Shown: positions 57,652-64,000 of the stretch, piece by piece
Layout of the letters: each line of letters begins with the position of its first letter
Position numbering within the stretch: position 1 is the stretch's first letter
Assembly (NCBI GenBank): GCA_031549725.1
Contig: JAVBPH010000017.1
Span: forward strand, 236 to 64,235
Source: Treponemataceae bacterium
GTDB taxonomy: Bacteria > Spirochaetota > Spirochaetia > Treponematales > Breznakiellaceae
Reading direction: 5' to 3'
Length of the DNA: 64,000 nt
Position numbers and translations under genes: made by a program
The notes under the pieces: generated by a model
What the model was told of the DNA's origin: nothing
The model's input: the letters and a program-made list of their open reading frames with translations, nothing else
Databases searched by the model: none

Positions 57652-57869
57652 TATCACCTTTAAAGAGCCTTATGCTGTTGCTTATTCGGTTCTATCAAAA
57701 AGCTGTATCGCCTCATTTTCCCCCAAGTTGCAGATATGTACCAACCTGTTCCGTATATGCATATGAAGCAATCCAGAAATATGGCATCATAAAAGGTTTT
57801 TATCTTGCAATAAGAAGGATCCTGCGGTGTCACCCGTTCCATCCGGGCGGATACGACCCCGTACCATGA
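57648..57869 (+). CDS. yidD: membrane protein insertion efficiency factor YidD
   Basis: 73-aa ORF with RFYQKAVSP....[21 protein letters not shown] start overlaps the rnpA stop (GTGA). Confidence 0.9.
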   Translation: MISPLKSLMLLLIRFYQKAVSPHFPPSCRYVPTCSVYAYEAIQKYGIIKGFYLAIRRILRCHPFHPGGYDPVP

Positions 57870-57885
57870 ATTGTTGAGGAGTCGC

Positions 57886-59676
57886 ATGGAAAAGAATACC
57901 ATTTTGGCCGTGGTTTTTTCGGTCGTTATTATAATAGGATGGACCTTTGTCCAGGGCAAATTTTTTCCCTCTCAAACACCACCTGTTACCCCTGCCCCTG
58001 TTACGGCGGACCAGCCCTTAATCCAGGATGTTGCCCCCGGAACAAGTACCATTTCAGACAATACGGACCTGCCGGTCATGGAAACCGTTACCGAAACACC
58101 GGTGGCTGAACCGGAAAACCTGGTAAATGAGTGGATAACCATGGATACCAACCTGGTAACGGTTATCTTTTCCAATAAAGGCGGGGACATAGTCTCCTAC
58201 AAATTAAAGGAACACTCCGATCAGGAAAACCTGGTGGAGATGGTTCTTCCCGGTACCGCGGAGCCCCATGCATTTTCCATGGCCTTCGGGGATTACAACG
58301 CCCAGCCGGTTGAAAAGCTGTTTAATGTAAGGCAAGTTTCTCCCACCATTATTGAGTTTTTCAAGGATTTCTATGTTTCCGCTAATAATACAGAAACCCA
58401 GCTGATCCGTTTGACCAAACGCTACGAATTTATCCCCGATGAATACATGTTCCAGCTTTCCATCATCATTGACGGCGGGACCCATATTCCCCGGCTTACA
58501 TCAACCAATATTGCCTATACCTTATATTTTGGTCCCCAAATCGGACCTGTTTTTGAAAAGCTTGACGGGCGCTATGAATTCCGCAACTACGTAACATTCC
58601 AAAACAACAAGCAGAAAAATGAAAAGGTAAGCGGCACCAAGGTCATCGATTATGATACCAAATGGGCGGCGATAGCAGGAAAATATTTTACCTTCATAGC
58701 CCTGCCGGACAGTGTTCCCGTCACATACACCTTTTCAACCAAGGAAGAACCCGGCCTGCCCGCAGCATCAAGGCTTTATATGACCAGGCCGGCCCTGACG
58801 GGGTCAAAAACAATAGACACCTACCGCTTCTACATTGGCCCCAAAAACCAGAAAAATCTGGCCATCTATGATACCGCGGCTAACCACTTTAAACTGAAGG
58901 ATACCCGGATAAATGCGGTGGCTGCCACCAGCGGTTTCTGGGCTCCCCTGGAGGGCGCCCTCAAATGGCTCCTCCAGCTTTTCTATAATTTGATCCCCAA
59001 CTGGGGTGTGGCAATTATTCTTTTAACCCTGCTGGTTAAAATTCTTTTCTTCCCACTAACGAAAAAAAGTTCTGAAACTACCCTGAGGATGCAGGCTATG
59101 AGTCCAAAAATTCAGGAACTTCAGACTAAATACAAGGATAACCCCCAGAAACTGAACACCGAAATGGCGGAACTGTACAAAAAAGAAGGGGCCAATCCTC
59201 TTACGGGTTGTCTGCCCATGCTGCTGCAGCTGCCTATTTTCCTGGCGATGTATAACCTTTTCAACACCCATTTTGACCTGCGGGGGGCCATGTTTATTCC
59301 CGGCTGGATTCCCGACCTTTCCCGTCCCGAATCGGTCTGGAATTTTGCACCCTTTAAGATTCCTATTTTGGGATGGAGCGATTTAAGACTGCTGCCCTTT
59401 ATCTATGTAGGTTCCCAGCTGCTCTACGGCAAGGTGACCCAGACCCCCGACCAGCAGGGAAATGCCCAGATGAAGATGATGTTGTACGTTATGCCCATCG
59501 TGTTTTTCTTCATCCTTTACGACGTACCATCGGGACTTCTGGTATATTGGATCATGTCCAACTTACTTACCATGGTTCAGCAGCTTACTATTAACAAATA
59601 CCTGGCCAAGCGGAAGGCGGCCATGGCAAGTGAAGATAAGGGGCCGGTGATTGCCCCTAGGAAAAAGAAGAAGTAA
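57886..59676 (+). CDS. yidC: membrane protein insertase YidC
   Basis: Large periplasmic domain, then the conserved core (NWGVAIILLTLLVKILFFPLT, NPLTGCLPMLLQLPIF). ATG 57886 lies behind gagga. The track start is TTG 57871. Confidence 0.9.
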   Translation: MEKNTILAVVFSVVIIIGWTFVQGKFFPSQTPPVTPAPVTADQPLIQDVAPGTSTISDNTDLPVMETVTETPVAEPENLVNEWITMDTNLVTVIFSNKGGDIVSYKLKEHSDQENLVEMVLPGTAEPHAFSMAFGDYNAQPVEKLFNVRQVSPTIIEFFKDFYVSANNTETQLIRLTKRYEFIPDEYMFQLSIIIDGGTHIPRLTSTNIAYTLYFGPQIGPVFEKLDGRYEFRNYVTFQNNKQKNEKVSGTKVIDYDTKWAAIAGKYFTFIALPDSVPVTYTFSTKEEPGLPAASRLYMTRPALTGSKTIDTYRFYIGPKNQKNLAIYDTAANHFKLKDTRINAVAATSGFWAPLEGALKWLLQLFYNLIPNWGVAIILLTLLVKILFFPLTKKSSETTLRMQAMSPKIQELQTKYKDNPQKLNTEMAELYKKEGANPLTGCLPMLLQLPIFLAMYNLFNTHFDLRGAMFIPGWIPDLSRPESVWNFAPFKIPILGWSDLRLLPFIYVGSQLLYGKVTQTPDQQGNAQMKMMLYVMPIVFFFILYDVPSGLLVYWIMSNLLTMVQQLTINKYLAKRKAAMASEDKGPVIAPRKKKK

Positions 59677-59900
59677 ATTTGATACCTCCGGGATATAATT
59701 GTTTTCCGGGGGTATGCTTTGAATGTTTTTGATAAATTGAAAAAATTTTGATGTTTTGAGAATATCCGCCGGTTTTAATTACGGTTGTTTTTAAAACCGG
59801 CTGCGGAACTGGATTTTCCGCAGAATCCCGGGATTTGTTCCAAGAGTATTGTGTTAATAACCCGGAGGAATATGCAATTTCTTTCGCTAGGAGCGAGTAT

Positions 59901-60632
59901 ATGATATATGAATTTGAAGGTCGTACCGAAAAAGAAGCCATTGACCGGGCGGCTGAGGAACTGGGCCTGGACAGGGACAATTTTGATGTTGAAATCCTGG
60001 AAACCCAGAAATCAGGTTTATTCAAAAAGGGATTTGTAAAAATCCAGGTGCACACCAGCAAGCCCGTAACGCTGAATCCCAGGAAAAAAGCAACGGAAGA
60101 TTCATTCAATGAAGAACCTTTCCCGCAGGAACGTTACAGCCAGCCCGTGTTTGGTGATCCTGAACCAAAAAACGAATTTGAAAAAAATCTGATTGTTTTT
60201 ATGGAAGGACTGCTTCAGTACATGAATTATCCCGGAAAAGTATCGGTCCAGTTCAGGGAAGAAAGAAAAATCGGGCTCAAGATTGATTCGGAATATTCTT
60301 CAATCCTGATAGGGAAAAAAGGCAAAAACCTGGATGCCCTCCAGCTGCTGGCAAATATTTATGCCGGAAAGGCCGGGGAAGAAAATATCCGGGTAATTCT
60401 TGACAGTGAAAACTACCGGATCCGCCGGGAGGAATCCCTGGTCCGGCTGGCCTACACCGTGGCGGACAAAGTCCGGGAAACCCGGGGTTCAATCCTGTTG
60501 GAACCCATGAACCCCTTTGACCGCCGTTTAATCCACACCACCCTTAACGACATTTCCGATATTGAAACTAAGAGCGAGGGTGAAGGGCTCTACAAACAAG
60601 TCAGGGTTTTTTACCGGGGCGGCGGGCGCTGA
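59901..60632 (+). CDS. jag: Jag/KhpB RNA-binding protein (Jag_N, KH, R3H)
   Basis: MIYEFEGRTEKEAIDRAAEELG N-terminus, KH-like GKKGKNLDALQ, and R3H (MNPFDRRLIHTTL). ATG 59901 lies behind aggag. The track start is 59835. Confidence 0.85.
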   Translation: MIYEFEGRTEKEAIDRAAEELGLDRDNFDVEILETQKSGLFKKGFVKIQVHTSKPVTLNPRKKATEDSFNEEPFPQERYSQPVFGDPEPKNEFEKNLIVFMEGLLQYMNYPGKVSVQFREERKIGLKIDSEYSSILIGKKGKNLDALQLLANIYAGKAGEENIRVILDSENYRIRREESLVRLAYTVADKVRETRGSILLEPMNPFDRRLIHTTLNDISDIETKSEGEGLYKQVRVFYRGGGR

Positions 60633-60718
60633 TCCGTAAAAAATGACATCTTATTTTCTTTAGCCGTCCATTATAAAAAGGGCTGCCCGGAATCGTTGAT
60701 TCCAGAGGCTGCCCCTTT

Positions 60719-60776
60719 TTATTCGGAAGTCTGGTTTGCTACTCCGCGGCAAGCCCCGGGGTATTAATCCAGACGG
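60719..60776. repeat. family F modules in inverted (palindromic) arrangement, F3
   Basis: tttattcggaagtctggttt is the reverse complement of the F module. About 16 nt later comes ccccggggtattaatccagacgg in forward orientation. Confidence 0.5.
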
Positions 60777-60795
60777 TATTATGCGGACTTCATCC

Positions 60796-60848
60796 GTGTT
60801 CTGTAAGGAAAAGATAATATGCGGGGTATTCACCCCGCATGCGAATAC
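60796..60848 (+). repeat. degenerate family E-like fragment
   Basis: gtgttctgtaagg...atatgcggggtattcaccccgcatgcgaat retains the gttctgtaagg head, a gcgggg/ccccgc hairpin and the tgcgaat tail. Confidence 0.35.
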
Positions 60849-61089
60849 ATTTCCTCTCGAACGAATCTCCCTGCGACGTAATTAAACGGTTCTAAGGATA
60901 CTCTGCAACCCGCCGCAGGGAGGTGCATTTTCAGGCAGGAATATTTATCCCTTCATTAAAAAATACCTGTTTTCTGAGGAAACTAAAATGCCGGTCCGGG
61001 TGTTTTACTATACAAGGATACTTTTGATTTTAAATATCGATATTAATGTATGCCGGATGATAATGTTATATATTATTTAGGAAGGTACT

Positions 61090-61896
61090 ATGAAAAAAAT
61101 CATTTTGTTATTTATTGCTGTATTTTCCGGAATAGGCCTGTATGCGGAGGAACTGGAATCCCTGGTCGGGGCGGACCGGGCGGCGATTCTTTTGCAGGGT
61201 GACACCATCACCGAACTGCAATCGAAAAAACCCGAACCGGCTCTCATTCCCGATATGCCCGGGGTACAGAATATTATTCAAACTGTCCGGAACAGTTTCA
61301 GCCCGAATATCATGGTGGAAAGCTTATATATCTACAAAAAACCCGCCGAAGCGAACCAGGGAACCTGGACAACCGATGAACGGACCGCGGTTTATAATAA
61401 CGCTTTGGCGTTAAGTTCCCTGGCGGGTATACAGTATTATTCAACCAGCAGAAAAACTATGAGAACCTTCTATGAAACCTCCGCAGTTATAGACAACCCG
61501 GAAACGAAAACTCCCCGGAAGGACCCCACTTATTTTATTCCCCCTCGGGAACTGATCATTTACGCCAGACAAAAGGATGGGACCTTCGGGGACAACATCT
61601 ACAAATATACATACCATACGGAAGACAAATACCTGGTTTTCATTCAGGAAAACCTCACCACCATGACCGCAGGGATTATTCCGGTAATAGGAAAAAACAA
61701 ACTCCATTCGGTGGTGGCGGTCATTGATGCAGGGGAACATCTTCTGATCTATGTGGTTTCCATGGCCGATGCAGCATCGGTTCCGGGTATGGGCCAGCGG
61801 GTGGGTGAATCATTTTCAACCAGAGCGGAGGCTATTCTTAACTGGTTCACCGGTCAGGCTGACCAGGGTTTTAAATCCGCAGGGAAAAACCGGTAG
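61090..61896 (+). CDS. secreted hypothetical protein
   Basis: 268-aa ORF with a signal peptide (MKKIILLFIAVFSGIGLYA). No recognisable motif. Confidence 0.55.
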   Translation: MKKIILLFIAVFSGIGLYAEELESLVGADRAAILLQGDTITELQSKKPEPALIPDMPGVQNIIQTVRNSFSPNIMVESLYIYKKPAEANQGTWTTDERTAVYNNALALSSLAGIQYYSTSRKTMRTFYETSAVIDNPETKTPRKDPTYFIPPRELIIYARQKDGTFGDNIYKYTYHTEDKYLVFIQENLTTMTAGIIPVIGKNKLHSVVAVIDAGEHLLIYVVSMADAASVPGMGQRVGESFSTRAEAILNWFTGQADQGFKSAGKNR

Positions 61897-61994
61897 GATA
61901 AAGACCCGGGAATCCGGATTATTCCGGACAGGCCGGGCGTTTTTATTTACCCTTTTATTCATGGTATGATATAATTTCTTACTTTGGAGGCCAT

Positions 61995-62558
61995 ATGTAT
62001 TTTCCCAAAATGATAGGAGATAAATGTTACCTGTCCCCCATCAATCCTGATGATGCAGCCCAGTTTACTCGTTGGATTAATGATTTGGAAGTAATACAAA
62101 ACTGTACCCTGGCGACCGCAAATATCAATGTACCCAACGAAGTGGAATCTTTGGGCAACCTTGCCAGGGACCATCATTACTCAATAATTGATAAATCAAA
62201 GGACCAGCTTATTGGGTCCTGCGGGTTAATGGATATGGATTACTGCAACAGAACCGCTGAAATTGGTATTTTCATTGGGGACAAAAATTACTGGAATGCG
62301 GGCTACGGGTCCGAAGCCCTGAGCCTTTTGATCGATTATGCGTTTCAGTATCTCAATCTGGATAATATTATGCTCCGGGTTTATGATTTCAACAAACGGG
62401 GTTTGGGCAGTTATGAAAAGGTGGGGTTCAAATTAATTGGAAAAAGAAGAAACGCCCTGAAACGGTTCATGAAAACGTTTGATATTATCTATATGGATAT
62501 TGTCCCCAGGGATTTTTACAAAAAACATCCATCAAGATCTGAATTAATAGAGCAATAA
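61995..62558 (+). CDS. GNAT family N-acetyltransferase (RimJ/RimL-like)
   Basis: 187-aa ORF with the typical RimL-like pattern (L.PI...DA.....W..D, IGIFIGDKNYWNAGYGSEAL). RBS ggagg. Confidence 0.8.
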   Translation: MYFPKMIGDKCYLSPINPDDAAQFTRWINDLEVIQNCTLATANINVPNEVESLGNLARDHHYSIIDKSKDQLIGSCGLMDMDYCNRTAEIGIFIGDKNYWNAGYGSEALSLLIDYAFQYLNLDNIMLRVYDFNKRGLGSYEKVGFKLIGKRRNALKRFMKTFDIIYMDIVPRDFYKKHPSRSELIEQ

Positions 62559-63292
62559 TGAAGGAAAACAAGTACGATGATCAAATATTTTTTGATAAGT
62601 ACCAAGAGATGCCCCGGTCCAGGTATGGACTGGAGGCAGCGGGGGAATGGCATGCCCTGAGGGCCATGCTTCCTCCTTTAGCCGGCCAGCGGGTCCTTGA
62701 CCTGGGATGCGGTTTTGGCTGGCATTGCCGGTATGCCTCCGGCGAGGGAGCGTCCTCCGTAACCGGTGTGGATATTTCCGGAAACATGCTGGAAGCGGCA
62801 AAACAAAAAACCAGCCAGAAAAACATTACCTATATCCAAAGCGCCATTGAGGATCTGGATTTTCAGCCCGGAAGTTTTGATGTGATTTTAAGCAGCCTGA
62901 CCTTTCATTATATTGATGACTTTGGTCAGACAGTCAAAAACATCCGGTCCTGGCTGGTTACCGGGGGACATTTTATTTTTTCCGTGGAACATCCTGTTTT
63001 TACTGCCCAGGGAAAACAGGACTGGGTATATTATGACGACGGTACCATAAGCCATTGGCCGGTGGATAATTATTTTTATCCGGGGAAGCGGGAAGCGGTC
63101 TTCCTGGGAGAACGGGTTATCAAATACCACAGGTCCCTGGACAACTATATCAAAGCCTTACTATACGGCGGTTTTACCATTGCCGATTTAACGGAACCGG
63201 AACCGCCCACGGAGATGCTTGAAAGCATCCCCGGCATGGCGGATGAACTCCGAAGGCCCATGATGCTGATTATTTCCGCCTTAAAACAATAA
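62558..63292 (+). CDS. class I SAM-dependent methyltransferase
   Basis: Motif I VLDLGCGFGWH, and motif post-II FDVILSSLTFHYI. The start overlaps the upstream stop. Confidence 0.85.
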   Translation: MKENKYDDQIFFDKYQEMPRSRYGLEAAGEWHALRAMLPPLAGQRVLDLGCGFGWHCRYASGEGASSVTGVDISGNMLEAAKQKTSQKNITYIQSAIEDLDFQPGSFDVILSSLTFHYIDDFGQTVKNIRSWLVTGGHFIFSVEHPVFTAQGKQDWVYYDDGTISHWPVDNYFYPGKREAVFLGERVIKYHRSLDNYIKALLYGGFTIADLTEPEPPTEMLESIPGMADELRRPMMLIISALKQ

Positions 63293-63313
63293 CCACCGGG
63301 GGTACAGTAAAGT

Positions 63314-63856
63314 ATGATTCTTTCCCTGAAAATTGCAGAAAACACCGGAACAATCCTCAGACTGGGCCGTTCAAAAATCTGGCGTTATGTTTTTATAGGC
63401 ATGGCCCTTTCCCTGATCCTGGGAATCATTCTTATCAGGGAGGCGCCGCTGCTTTTCCTGGTTATTATCGGCATCTGTCTTTTTGCAGGATTCTATGATG
63501 ACCGGTGGCTTTTTGACCGGGAGAAAAATATCCTTTTTCAGAGCAGCGGTATTGGACCGCTTCGAAAACGGAGGGAATTCCGGATTGATACATTCAACCG
63601 GATTTCCCTGAAAAGTGCCGTATCCTCCGGATTTACTTCGGAAACAATCGGAGCTTCCAAAGTACCAGCCTTCCCTGAACTTTTCCGCCGGGGCCGCTCT
63701 TCCCTCTGGCTGGAATTCAAAAATGATACCCCAAAATTCCTAATTGACGAAGGAACCCACTGGGACAGGTCATCCCTGGAAAACATGGGGACCGCTATTG
63801 CTGCCTGGTGTCATGTTCCTTTCGAGGGTTTTGATTCTTCAGCTAAAGAGAGTTAG
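63314..63856 (+). CDS. hypothetical membrane protein
   Basis: 180-aa ORF with two N-terminal hydrophobic helices. No recognisable motif. Confidence 0.45.
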   Translation: MILSLKIAENTGTILRLGRSKIWRYVFIGMALSLILGIILIREAPLLFLVIIGICLFAGFYDDRWLFDREKNILFQSSGIGPLRKRREFRIDTFNRISLKSAVSSGFTSETIGASKVPAFPELFRRGRSSLWLEFKNDTPKFLIDEGTHWDRSSLENMGTAIAAWCHVPFEGFDSSAKES

Positions 63857-63891
63857 GCGGAATATGGGCTAACTTGGTTAGAAAGCTTATA

Positions 63892-64000
63892 ATCAAAAAC
63901 CTTCTGCACGCTTTCGCGTGCGAGGCAGAGCGCGCGGGGCGGCGAGGTTTGTTGGTTCTGTAAGGTATGGATTTTATGTGGGTTTAATACCCATACAATT
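63892..64000 (+). repeat. family B element, copy B4 (cut by the window end)
   Basis: Identical architecture to the left half of B3. Carries the same 9-nt longer variant as B2. Confidence 0.85.

Overview
This 64-kb window looks like a spirochaete chromosome segment, probably Treponema or Spirochaeta. The evidence is a FlaB-type periplasmic flagellin, flgM, and an rpmH-rnpA-yidD-yidC-jag cluster. All calls rest on motif and pattern recognition by eye, with no database search and no folding program. Most of the window is housekeeping or metabolic:
- a plus-strand run iolG-iolB-iolD-iolE followed by a type II (archaeal-type) GAPDH, an archaeal-type PGK and a malic enzyme
- purL, an M16 peptidase, a beta-CASP hydrolase, rlmB, sanA and a large hybrid histidine kinase
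- lspA, nif3, an HDOD protein, Fe-ADH, rsmI, a split chromate transporter pair, flaB
- tRNA-Arg(CCT) and tRNA-Ala(GGC)

The most unusual feature is a dense network of structured, modular intergenic repeats. I label the families A to F.
- A is an 86-bp unit present as a 4.4-copy tandem array inside the iolD-iolE spacer, plus dispersed copies.
- B is a roughly 185-bp imperfect palindrome.
- C is a roughly 134-bp triple-hairpin MITE with terminal inverted repeats. One copy is nested inside a B copy with a clean TA target-site duplication.
- D is a roughly 165-bp element.
- E and F are shorter variants.
- A, B, E and F share one terminal module, and the elements nest in each other. They also supply the start and stop codons of a truncated VOC gene and bracket a low-GC island.

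Other points worth a second look:
- two visibly AT-rich accessory islands (three lipoprotein genes plus a CPBP protease, and a two-gene cassette)
- a LarA homologue coupled to a degenerate SDR-like protein
- a GC-rich island with a roughly 26-bp stem just upstream of the rpmH promoter
- an rnpA with no canonical start codon
- a frameshifted alpha/beta hydrolase
- a sigma-28-type promoter with a long leader in front of flaB

I saw no CRISPR array, transposase, integrase, prophage or recognisable defence genes.
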